Source of the DNA: Terriglobia bacterium
GTDB lineage: Bacteria > Acidobacteriota > Terriglobia > Acidiferrales > UBA7541
Assembly (NCBI GenBank): GCA_963695545.1
Contig: OY968796.1
Span: 192,001 to 256,000 of the forward strand
DNA length: 64,000 nt
Reading direction: 5' to 3'
In this document: positions 50,186 through 58,844 of the stretch, piece after piece
How the letters are laid out: every line of letters starts with the position of its first letter
Numbering within the stretch: the stretch's first letter is position 1
Position numbers and translations under genes: made by a program
The notes under the pieces: generated by a model
The model's input: only the letters and a program-made list of their open reading frames with translations
Databases searched by the model: none
Told to the model about the DNA's origin: nothing

Positions 50186-51736
50186 ATGGCCAAGCCCATC
50201 TCAAGCGCGCCGAGCCGGCGCGAGGCGTTGCTGCTCGGCGCCAAACTCGCGGCGGGCGCAGCCGTGCTCGGACCCGCGAACCTGCTCGGTTCGCGCGTGC
50301 TCGCGGCGCAAGGCAGCGGTGCGCGGCCAACGCAAACCGGTCGCGCGACGGCCGCACCGAAGGCCGGCGCCGCGGCGGCGGCGCGCGTGTTCGACGTGCG
50401 CGACTATGGCGCGGTCGGCGATGGCACGACGCTCGACACTGCGGCGATACAGCGGGCGATCGATGCGGCCGCGGCCGCAGCAGCGGAATCGGCTGCGGCG
50501 ACGACGACGGCGACAGCGAGTGGCGCGGCGGCGAGCGCGCGCGTGTTGCTGCGCGGCGGGAAGCGCTACCTCGTTGGAACGCTCGTGCTGCGCAGCGGGA
50601 TCGACTTCCATCTCGCGGACGACGCGGAGTTGCGCGTCAGCACGCAGCAAGCGGATTACACCGCGGCCGCGGTGCTGACGGCGCAAGATGCGAAAGGGTT
50701 GCGCGTTTCGGGAACGGGGAAGATTAATGGGCGCGGCCTGGAATTCATGAGCGGCTACGACAAAGTGCACGAATGGTGGTTGCCGAAAGGATGGCGGCCG
50801 AGACTTTTTCAGCTCGTCGGCTGCGGCGATCTGGTGGTGCGCGACATCACGGTGGCTGGGGCGCCATCGTGGAGCGTGCACCTGATTGGGTGCGACGGCG
50901 TGCTTGTCGACAACGTCAAAATACGGAACGAGCTACAAATTCCGAATTGCGACGGCATCGATCCCGATCATTGCCGCAACGTCGAGATTCGCAATTGCGA
51001 TATCGTCTGCGGCGACGACGCGATCGCGATCAAGACCAGCAAGCAATATATTTCCTACGGCGCGTCGTCCAACATTCACGTCCACGATTGCAAAATGACC
51101 ACGCAGGACGCGGGCGTGAAAATCGGCACCGAAACGTTTTCGGACATTTCGGGCGTGCGCATCGAGCGCTGCCAGATCGTGCAATCGAGCCGCGGGCTCG
51201 GCATTCAGTTGCGCGATTCCGCGAACGTCAGCGACATCGAATTCAGCGACATCCAATTCATGTCGCGCTACTTCTCCGACCCCTGGTGGGGGCGCGGCGA
51301 AGGCATTTCGCTGACGGCCATCCCTCGCACGCCGCAATCAACCATCGGCACGTTGTGCGGCGTGCGAATCCACAACATCACAGGGCGCGCCGAAAACAGC
51401 GTGCGCGTGGAAGGCAGCGCCGCAAGCCGCATTCAGGGCATCACGCTCCAAAACGTGGCGATCACGCTCGATCGCTGGACGAAATACCCGGGCGGCATGT
51501 TCGACAACCGACCGACTTCCGCGGAGCCCGATATCGAAAAGCACTCGACGCCGGGATACGGCATTCGCCACGCCGATCAGGTGCGCGTGAAGCAGTGCAG
51601 CGTGGCGTGGGGCACGCATCTGCCGGATTATTTCTCCCACGCGCTCGAAGCCGAGGACGCGCACGGCCTTGAACTTTCCGGCTTCTCGGGCCGCGCGGCG
51701 CATCCCGAACGCGACTCCGATATCTCGATCATCTAG
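50186..51736 (+). CDS. GH28 polygalacturonase-like beta-helix hydrolase, Tat-exported
   Basis: SRREALL Tat motif; FDVRDYGAVGDG..DTAAIQRAID; PNCDGID, GDDAIAIK, KIGTE. Confidence 0.85.
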   Translation: MAKPISSAPSRREALLLGAKLAAGAAVLGPANLLGSRVLAAQGSGARPTQTGRATAAPKAGAAAAARVFDVRDYGAVGDGTTLDTAAIQRAIDAAAAAAAESAAATTTATASGAAASARVLLRGGKRYLVGTLVLRSGIDFHLADDAELRVSTQQADYTAAAVLTAQDAKGLRVSGTGKINGRGLEFMSGYDKVHEWWLPKGWRPRLFQLVGCGDLVVRDITVAGAPSWSVHLIGCDGVLVDNVKIRNELQIPNCDGIDPDHCRNVEIRNCDIVCGDDAIAIKTSKQYISYGASSNIHVHDCKMTTQDAGVKIGTETFSDISGVRIERCQIVQSSRGLGIQLRDSANVSDIEFSDIQFMSRYFSDPWWGRGEGISLTAIPRTPQSTIGTLCGVRIHNITGRAENSVRVEGSAASRIQGITLQNVAITLDRWTKYPGGMFDNRPTSAEPDIEKHSTPGYGIRHADQVRVKQCSVAWGTHLPDYFSHALEAEDAHGLELSGFSGRAAHPERDSDISII

Positions 51737-51758
51737 TTCCAATCCCAATCGCCCTCCC

Positions 51759-51886
51759 CCGATTGAAGCAATGCGCTCCGCGCAGTCCGGCCGATTTAAG
51801 CAATGCGCTCCGCGCAGTCCGGCCGATTTAAGCAATGCGCTCCGCGCAGTCCGGCCGATTTAAGCAATGCGCTCCGCGCAGCCCGG
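51759..51886. repeat. Tandem repeat, 4 x 32 bp
   Basis: Unit CCGATTTAAGCAATGCGCTCCGCGCAGTCCGG, no spacers, between convergent genes. Confidence 0.95.
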
Positions 51887-51899
51887 CTCGCCGCGCCCG

Positions 51900-53102
51900 T
51901 CAGTGCGGCAAGAGGCCCACTGGCGGGGCGGGCGGCACCTCAAGGAAGCGCACGGCGAAGGGATACGGCACGGAAACAGGGGGCTGGTTCTCGGTCAGCT
52001 TGCCGGTGACGGGATCGATGGCGAAGACCACGACATTTTCACTGTCGTGGTTGGCGACGATCAGCCAGTGGCCGGTTGGATCGAAATCGAAATTGCGCGG
52101 GAATTTTCCTTCGGTGGAAACTTGCTCGACGGGGGTGAGCTGGCCGGTCACCGCGTCGATGGAAAAAACCGCGAGCGTGTTCGCGCCGCGATTGGAAGCG
52201 TAAAGAAAATTACCGCTGGGATCTACGCGGACCTCGGCGGCGGTGCTGGGGCTCAGGTAACCTTCGGGCAGAGTGGAGACGCGTTGCCGCTCGGTGAGCA
52301 CGCCGCGCGTGGAATCCCAGGAAAAAACCGTGACCGTGCTGGCCATCTCGCTCAAGAGGTAGGCGAATTTTCCATTGGGCGAAAACACCATGTGCCGCGG
52401 GCCGGAAGCCGCCGGCGCTTGGGCGAATGGCGGATCGTTGGGCGTGAGCGTGCCGGCGAACGCATCGAAGCGATAGATGTGCACTTGATCGAGACCAAGA
52501 TCGGGCACCAAAACGAATTGGTTTGTTGGGTCCGCGCGAATCGAATGCGGATGCGGTTGCGGCTGGCGCACGGGATCGGCGCCGTGGCCGGTGTAGGCGA
52601 TGTTCGCGGTGCGCGCGCCGATGCTGCCGTCAGGCGCGATGGCGAACGCCGAGACGGTCGCACCGGTGTAGTTGGCGACGAACAGCGTGTGGCCCGTGGC
52701 GTCGAGGCTGACGTATGCCGGATTCGCGCTGCCGCTCGGCACGGTGTTGAGCAGCGTGAGATGCGCGGTGGTTGGATCGACGGCATACGCGCTAACGCCG
52801 CCGGTCGGCTGGCCGGCCAGAGTGTTTTCCGAAACCGTGGCGTAAAGATGGCTGCCGGTGGAATCGAGAATAAAATATCCCGGCGCGTCGGCCTGCATCA
52901 GAAATTGCGGAAAGCTGAGAAGTCCCGTTTGCGAATCGAATCGCGCGATGGAAAAGCCGCGGCCCGGCATGTCCACATGCGTGCCGAAGAAGACCCAGGA
53001 ATCTTGCGCGCGCGCGACACCGCACGCCGCGCACGCAAGCAACAATGTGAGAGCCAAGCGCGACGCGAAGCCCTTGGTCGTCTTGGTTACCGTTCTTCTC
53101 AT
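51900..53102 (-). CDS. Lactonase family (6-phosphogluconolactonase-like) beta-propeller, secreted
   Basis: LFVANY, RQPQPHPH, VPDLGLD, SGPRH, LYASNRG, FPRNF. Confidence 0.9.
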   Translation of the reverse strand: MRRTVTKTTKGFASRLALTLLLACAACGVARAQDSWVFFGTHVDMPGRGFSIARFDSQTGLLSFPQFLMQADAPGYFILDSTGSHLYATVSENTLAGQPTGGVSAYAVDPTTAHLTLLNTVPSGSANPAYVSLDATGHTLFVANYTGATVSAFAIAPDGSIGARTANIAYTGHGADPVRQPQPHPHSIRADPTNQFVLVPDLGLDQVHIYRFDAFAGTLTPNDPPFAQAPAASGPRHMVFSPNGKFAYLLSEMASTVTVFSWDSTRGVLTERQRVSTLPEGYLSPSTAAEVRVDPSGNFLYASNRGANTLAVFSIDAVTGQLTPVEQVSTEGKFPRNFDFDPTGHWLIVANHDSENVVVFAIDPVTGKLTENQPPVSVPYPFAVRFLEVPPAPPVGLLPH

Positions 53103-53399
53103 GGTCGTCGGCACGTTAGCCTCCTCGGAACTGGCGGCAACGTAGAGGAGGCGGTTTGGAATGTCAAGCCGCAGCGCGGGCGGCGCGAGCGTGGGATATA
53201 AATAGTCGTTATGGATATCGGCGCGGGCATGGCACCCCCCTCCCCCCCTGGGTGTTTTTCGGAAGTATTGTTTCTAAAGGACTTTAAGCAAGATGATTCA
53301 CTTGACAAAAGTACGGCGGGTGCGCGTATGATCGGGACGCTACCGAAGCCGTTTCGACCGTTACCTCTTAAACCTAGACGGCTTCTAAAAGAGTCTAAC

Positions 53400-54155
53400 G
53401 TGACTATAGCCCTAGGTTTCCGCACAAATGACGGTGTCGTGATCGCCGCTGACAGTCAAGAAACAATCTCAGGATACATTAAGGGAAATAAAGGCAAGGT
53501 CCGATTAACTCTCTACTCAAACGGGAACGCCCTTGTTTTTACAGGTTCAGGAACAAGCGATTACATCAGTACGGCGATTGATAAAGCTGGCGAGGACTTG
53601 CACAAGATTGATAATTTCACCGACATCCGATACGAGTTAGAAGAAAGACTTCTGGCTTTCTTCAATAAACATATTGCACCGTGGGCGTATTTTCCAGAAA
53701 GCGAGCGTCCAAGCGTGGAATTGCTCATCGGCGTGTCTTGCCGAAAGGGAGGTCACGGTCTTTTCCACTACTCCGGTACAGCGTTCCATTCGGTAGGGGA
53801 AAAAGCCATCGGCTCCGGAGTGCTTCTGGCCAATGGGCTGATCTCTCAACTGTTTTCTGTGGCCGATTCAGTTACCCAAGCTACGAAGCTGGCAGTATAC
53901 ATTCTGTCGAAATCGAAAAAACAAGTCGATGGATGCGGTGGATTCACGAGCTTAATGGCCCTCAAGGGTAAGGGTGATTGGCTACTTACGGAAACGAAAG
54001 ACGTGGAACAGATGGAAAAAGAATGCGAGGAATTAGAAGGTAGGTCGATTAAGTCCCTAAGAAATGAAATCGTCAACAGGCCATTCGAGATGCTTTGGCA
54101 CAGTGAATTCATGGCAAGGAAAAAGGCATTGAAGTCAAAAACGGAGCCGAAATAA
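53400..54155 (+). CDS. Ntn-hydrolase / proteasome beta-subunit-like protein (IS cargo)
   Basis: GTG start gives (M)TIALGFRTNDGVVIAADSQET..K, later AIGSG and GCGG, a proteasome/HslV-like motif layout with N-terminal Thr. Confidence 0.65.
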   Translation: MTIALGFRTNDGVVIAADSQETISGYIKGNKGKVRLTLYSNGNALVFTGSGTSDYISTAIDKAGEDLHKIDNFTDIRYELEERLLAFFNKHIAPWAYFPESERPSVELLIGVSCRKGGHGLFHYSGTAFHSVGEKAIGSGVLLANGLISQLFSVADSVTQATKLAVYILSKSKKQVDGCGGFTSLMALKGKGDWLLTETKDVEQMEKECEELEGRSIKSLRNEIVNRPFEMLWHSEFMARKKALKSKTEPK

Positions 54156-54172
54156 AAAGCACGACTTTGAAT

Positions 54173-54514
54173 TCATTCGTTGAGTTCAGCAATGGCGACG
54201 CGGGTGCCATTTTCTAGGTGCACGATCAGCATTGCGGCAAAGTCAATCTGTGCTCGCTGGGGCGAAAAGAATTGATGATATTCGTCAAACCGCGCATCTG
54301 AAAACTCGAATGAAGCATGATGAAGATTGATCGAAAGAAGGAAATCCTTAGGATTTATGGATTCTATGCAGAAATGCGATTCGGCCAAAGACGCGTGCGA
54401 CACGCGCCCCACAAACCAAAAAGTCAAAAGGCCCGTCGAGGCTACGTATAGCGTTGCCGACTCGCTCTTCCACTTGTTTAGCTGTGATAGCGCCTCTTCT
54501 GGAGATGAACGCAT
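54173..54514 (-). CDS. Hypothetical protein (IS cargo)
   Basis: 113-aa ORF with AAGGA RBS, protein-like composition, downstream of the transposase. Confidence 0.6.
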   Translation of the reverse strand: MRSSPEEALSQLNKWKSESATLYVASTGLLTFWFVGRVSHASLAESHFCIESINPKDFLLSINLHHASFEFSDARFDEYHQFFSPQRAQIDFAAMLIVHLENGTRVAIAELNE

Positions 54515-54627
54515 GTTCTTAGTCCTTGCTATGCGATGTGGTTTAGACGAAGCCTGCTACTGGGCTTTTCGTTTTCACTGGAAAATTAAGAGGCCGCTAG
54601 CGGTTTTGAAGATCATGGGTTTTCCTA

Positions 54628-55506
54628 TCATGCGGTCAACCGCTCAAAGGTCAAAGTCGGCGCGGTGACCATGTGTCGCAGCGTATCTAGGAACAGATCG
54701 GAATTCTTTCGGCGATTGAATCGGAATGTCATTTCGTTTAGATAGGACGCGAGATGCTTTGCGCTGACGTTGTGCCAAGTGCCCATGATGCCGCGCTTCA
54801 AAAGCGAGAACGCGGATTCAACGGTATTGGTGTGAACCACGCCGCGAACGTATTCTTTGCTGTGATTGATGGTCTTGTGGGCCGCACCTTGCTTCCCCTT
54901 GAGTGCCCACGGGTAGATCGGCGATTCGTCCGTCATAATCACTTCCACGTCTTCGCTGAGGTTCTCGCCAATGATTTGGCGCACGGTTTTGGAATTGGCA
55001 TCGCTCGCATGGATGAATCGCAGTTCGCCGTTGCGCTTGCGGATTCCGAAAACGACTTCCTTCTCGCGGCGCGGCTGCCAGCGGCGAGCTTTTCCGCCAA
55101 CATAGGTTTCGTCAATTTCGACTGTGCCATCCATCATCGGTTTATCGGCTTCGACCATCGCTGCGCGGATTCTGTGGCAGAGATACCATGCTGTTTTGTA
55201 GCCGCCGATTCCGAGCGTCCGTTGAATCTGGCAAGCGGACATTCCCTTCTTTGCTTCACAAAGAAGGAACGTAGCCGCGAACCACTTTTCCAACGGCAAA
55301 TGAGAGTCATTGAAGATCGTGCCAGCGGTGACGGAGAATTGGTAGTCGCAGTCTTTGCAGTAGAACAATTGCTTTTCGGTCGCCAGTTCTACCACGTCGC
55401 CTTTGCAACGCAGGCAGCGCGGCCCTTCCGGCCAGCGGAGACGAGCCAGCAATTCGCGGCACTTGGCTTCAGTCGAGAACATCGTGTGTACGTCAATTAG
55501 GTTCAC
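54628..55506 (-). CDS. IS1595-family DDE transposase
   Basis: Zn ribbon CLRC..CKDC, FSVTAGTIF, YKTAW, EIDETYVGG, MTDE, HTNTVES, YLNEMTFRFNRR; GTG start after GGAGG. Confidence 0.96.
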   Translation of the reverse strand: MNLIDVHTMFSTEAKCRELLARLRWPEGPRCLRCKGDVVELATEKQLFYCKDCDYQFSVTAGTIFNDSHLPLEKWFAATFLLCEAKKGMSACQIQRTLGIGGYKTAWYLCHRIRAAMVEADKPMMDGTVEIDETYVGGKARRWQPRREKEVVFGIRKRNGELRFIHASDANSKTVRQIIGENLSEDVEVIMTDESPIYPWALKGKQGAAHKTINHSKEYVRGVVHTNTVESAFSLLKRGIMGTWHNVSAKHLASYLNEMTFRFNRRKNSDLFLDTLRHMVTAPTLTFERLTA

Positions 55507-55866
55507 AGGGAGCCTCCAGTGGAGAAGGACGCTAGAAACAAGCTGTTGAAGCAAGTGCCTACTCGCAAGCTGTTGGCGAGCGTGAAGAAAGACATCCGGC
55601 GCACTATTCGGGCCGCTACCGCCAAGTCGAAGCCGAAGTAGGAGTCGCTTTCCATGAGAGAAGTGTCCCATGAAGCCTAACTTTTGTCAAGTGAATAATC
55701 CTGCTTTAAGTCCTTTGCGCCAGAACTGGTGATTCTAATGGGGTTAAAATGGCGTTTTTCAGAAGTGTTGGTTCTAAAAGGGTTGGGGGGCGCGAATTGC
55801 AAAAATGGCTGGATTTTCCGCCTTCGCGAACGCTTCGGCGCGACAGGGAGCGGGCACGGTTGGAGC

Positions 55867-55925
55867 GTTCCGCCTTCGCCAAGGCTACGTCGGACAGTTC
55901 CGCCTTCGCCAAGGATACGTCGGAC
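55867..55925. repeat. Tandem pair of 30-bp REP-like palindromes
   Basis: GTTCCGCCTTCGCCAAGG(C/A)TACGTCGGAC twice. Confidence 0.8.
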
Positions 55926-56091
55926 TTCGGGCTTAGGCGGGCGGGTTGCCGATCGTTTCAGCGGCGAGGATGTGCGTTTGCAGATCACAGGCGATGTTAG
56001 CACGGTGGTAATCTACGTGTCAATGTTATTCATCGGCTATTCGAATAGAAGCCTGTGGAAATTATTTCGAATGGCGGGTGAGCGATAAAGC

Positions 56092-56169
56092 GAATCTGAA
56101 AGACGAACGGCCCCACCCTTTGCGTTCCGCAAACGATGGGCACACTCAGGTCAAAGGCGTGGCCACGCG
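56092..56169. repeat. About 78-bp REP-like direct repeat, copy 1
   Basis: GAATCTG..CCCCACCCTTTGCGTT.CGCAAA..ATGGGC..CTCAGGTCAA.GGCG.GGCCAC; second copy at 57371-57449. Confidence 0.8.
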
Positions 56170-56177
56170 TCCACGGG

Positions 56178-57161
56178 TTAGGGGACGTCGAAAACCGCGC
56201 CCGAGGCCCTAAAGCATGAATTCTTGAACCTAGCTCCAACCATACTGGTAGCTGCCTCCATAAAACCGGGTGGCGGCGTCATTTCGATGAGTTTGGGATT
56301 AGCGTAGCGAACGTGGATCACAAGATTCCCGTATTCGTCCACGATGTCTAAGGTGCTTTTGTCATTCTCCTTCATCTCCAGATAATTATTGCGATTTATT
56401 ACGAAGCCGTCGTCATTCAATCGCACGATTATTCTCCCGTCCGCGCTTCGTAAATCCATGATTATTGCGAGGGAACCATCTGCCCCGCGATTTACGGAAA
56501 GGATGCTTCCCCTGCTTTGTGAGAGAAATATTGGATGAGGAAATTTTTGAACAACGTACGCATTCGTATCGATCATCAAAATTACTGCATCATCAGGAAT
56601 CGGCACGTTGCCACACAAGCCAGCTGGAGTAGGATCCGATGCCGGAAACAATTTGCCGCTCAAACCTTCGGCGAGCTGTTCTTGGCGCGTAAGAAGTGCA
56701 TCCTCCTTTTTCAATGAGATCGAAAATCCTTGCTGTTCTTGTTTTTCAGCACTGAGAAATTCTCGCCGTTCCGCCTGCTGGGCGTCGTCAAACTTCTGCA
56801 TCTCACCTTGAAAGTCTTGCTGCTCTTGGTTCATCCCGCTCTGGCCTTGGCTCAAGATTTGTTGAAGGGCGCATTGCTCTTGGTTAACCAATTTGGCCTG
56901 ATTGTCATCGTTGCTCTTGATTGCCTTCATTTCCACAAAGAAAAATCCGAATGCTGCTGCAATCCATATGGACTTCAGGTAAGGTGCCGATTTTCCGGCT
57001 GTTTTGTCGACCCGTCCCCAAGCCAACGGCATCAGAATAGCGACAAGACCGAGGACGAGGCCGGCCATTCCCAATGTCGGAACGTGGAAGAAATACCAAT
57101 AAACTCCGAGCGGAAGGAGAACAGCGACCGACCAAGGCCAGAGCCTGAGAATTTTCGCCAT
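56178..57161 (-). CDS. Hypothetical membrane protein (3 TM, Gln-rich coiled coil, beta-rich C-terminal domain)
   Basis: 327-aa ORF, GAGGGG RBS, lower GC. Confidence 0.75.
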   Translation of the reverse strand: MAKILRLWPWSVAVLLPLGVYWYFFHVPTLGMAGLVLGLVAILMPLAWGRVDKTAGKSAPYLKSIWIAAAFGFFFVEMKAIKSNDDNQAKLVNQEQCALQQILSQGQSGMNQEQQDFQGEMQKFDDAQQAERREFLSAEKQEQQGFSISLKKEDALLTRQEQLAEGLSGKLFPASDPTPAGLCGNVPIPDDAVILMIDTNAYVVQKFPHPIFLSQSRGSILSVNRGADGSLAIIMDLRSADGRIIVRLNDDGFVINRNNYLEMKENDKSTLDIVDEYGNLVIHVRYANPKLIEMTPPPGFMEAATSMVGARFKNSCFRASGAVFDVP

Positions 57162-57370
57162 GATGGCCCCTCGCACGTTAAGGCTTAAGACCTTAGCCGG
57201 AAACGGTGTCGCTTTAGTTTATCCTCTGTCGACACGATAATCCTACGTAAGTTCGTCGTGACTGCGGGGGAAGGCCCCATGCGTGAATTTGACGAGTGGC
57301 GCACCGCTGGGAGCCGAGACTGCAAAAGCAGATTCCTCACCGCCGAACGCCGGCGACAGGGTTCGGAGAT

Positions 57371-57449
57371 GAATCTGGAAGACGGACAGCCCCACCCTTT
57401 GCGTTTCGCAAAGAATGGGCCACCCTCAGGTCAAGGGCGGGGCCACCCG
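57371..57449. repeat. About 79-bp REP-like direct repeat, copy 2
   Basis: Aligns end to end with 56092-56169. Confidence 0.8.
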
Positions 57450-57628
57450 CGAAAGGCGGGAGGAGGCAAGTTTGCCGGGCCGGGCCGCGCTGCTTCCGCT
57501 GCGGACGGGATAGAGAACTCGTGGCCAGGGCAGCGGCGGAATCTGTCTACGGCGGAGGCAATAACATATTAAAGTCAGTACACTAGGGCTGGTGTGTTGA
57601 ATCTTGTCAACAAAGGGGAAGTATATGA

Positions 57629-58603
57629 TTGACAGGGGCTTTCGAGAAATTCGCACGAGCAACTCGGTTCAAGAATCCTGGTAAGGACTACTGCGCCTTG
57701 CTGGCCACGCTAACCTATTCTGCGTATTTGGACGAGAGTTTCGATATGAGAGGCGAGGGGTTCTTCTCCGTTGGCGGACTTATCGGAGACGGCAACAGTC
57801 TGTTCGAGCTAGATCGACAATGGGCACTTCTTCTCAAGCGTCCCAATATCGACATCGAGTATTTCAAGGCTTCCGAGTGTGAGCTAGGCACAGGCCAGTT
57901 TAAAAAGTTCGTTAAAGTTGAGCGTCACCCCACTCGCGAAGAAGCAAAGACGCTAAACGCAATCAGCATGGAATTTATCGACCTAATTCTGCGATACAAG
58001 ATAATCGGTCACGGGATCAGCGTTCTCCAAAAAGACTTCTACGAAGTCATAAAAGAGCCGGTGGCAAAAGATGTTTTTGGTGGAAGCCCTTACCGGATCG
58101 GCTACGACCTTGCCATGATTCAGTGTGCTTGGATTATGAAACACTTAGAACGATTACTGAAAGAAGAAGAGAAAATTCGACCGTGGAACCATGTTTCAAA
58201 GCCCGACGTTTGCTTTTTCTGCGATGAACACGAGGAGCACAGCATCCTTGGCAGAGAGGCATACCTCAATCTAAGGAAGACTAACGAGGAAGCCGCTCAA
58301 TACATGGCTACGTGGGACTACGGAGAGGATAAGGTATATCCGGTCCTGCAGGCCGCAGACGCGATTGTGTATGAAGTAAGAAGGGCTAACCGTTTAGATG
58401 TGAGCCGTGACGGGGAAATTAGGCCACAATTCAAACGGCTCGCCGACGCCAAGAGAATGGCCCTCATTCAAATTGCAAACAAGGAAAATCTTCTGAATAT
58501 CCTCACCACCCAAAAGCCCGGAGAACCGTTGAAGTTGTCTGAAATCATGGAAAGAGTGTTCGAGGCGAATATCAAATTCGATTTTTATGAGCCGCCAAAA
58601 TGA
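57629..58603 (+). CDS. DUF3800-family protein (start uncertain)
   Basis: N-terminal AYLDES..FSVGG and C-terminal LQAADAIVY motifs; lower GC. Confidence 0.75.
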   Translation: MTGAFEKFARATRFKNPGKDYCALLATLTYSAYLDESFDMRGEGFFSVGGLIGDGNSLFELDRQWALLLKRPNIDIEYFKASECELGTGQFKKFVKVERHPTREEAKTLNAISMEFIDLILRYKIIGHGISVLQKDFYEVIKEPVAKDVFGGSPYRIGYDLAMIQCAWIMKHLERLLKEEEKIRPWNHVSKPDVCFFCDEHEEHSILGREAYLNLRKTNEEAAQYMATWDYGEDKVYPVLQAADAIVYEVRRANRLDVSRDGEIRPQFKRLADAKRMALIQIANKENLLNILTTQKPGEPLKLSEIMERVFEANIKFDFYEPPK

Positions 58604-58844
58604 AAAATGACAAATCAAAGGAATATCAGAATTTTGGGCCCGCAATGGATGAAGTACTTAAAGTGTCCCCCACGCGGAGATTGCTGCGCCATGACGTCCT
58701 CGTGGGACGTCGTTAGGGACGGTGGTGATGTATGCGGCGACGGGTGCGATCGTCCTCGACCAGGAGTACTGAGTATTGCCTGCCAGAATGTCGCTGTGGT
58801 CTTCGACCTCCGCGACGGCCTTCGGCAGAGCGGTGGGGTTCGCG

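Larger units (their letters stand above)
53289..55703 (-). mobile_element. Complete IS1595-family element with passenger genes (2,415 bp)
   Basis: 24-bp terminal IRs CAAGATGATTCACTTGACAAAAGT / CAGGATTATTCACTTGACAAAAGT (22/24 identical); 7-bp target duplication CTTTAAG at 53282-88 and 55704-10; lower GC than the flanks. Confidence 0.92.

Noticed and set aside
51759..51886. CRISPR array
   Set aside because: Units are contiguous with no unique spacers, and there are no cas genes in the window
53211..53399. N-terminal extension of the IS cargo ORF
   Set aside because: It crosses the IS boundary and target repeat, so the ORF from 53211 is a chance fusion
55507..55671. Longer transposase start, or small ORFs upstream of it (a 40-aa Lys-rich plus-strand ORF and a 50-aa minus-strand ORF)
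   Set aside because: Transposase similarity begins at GTG 55506, which has its own RBS; neither small ORF can be supported over the other from sequence alone
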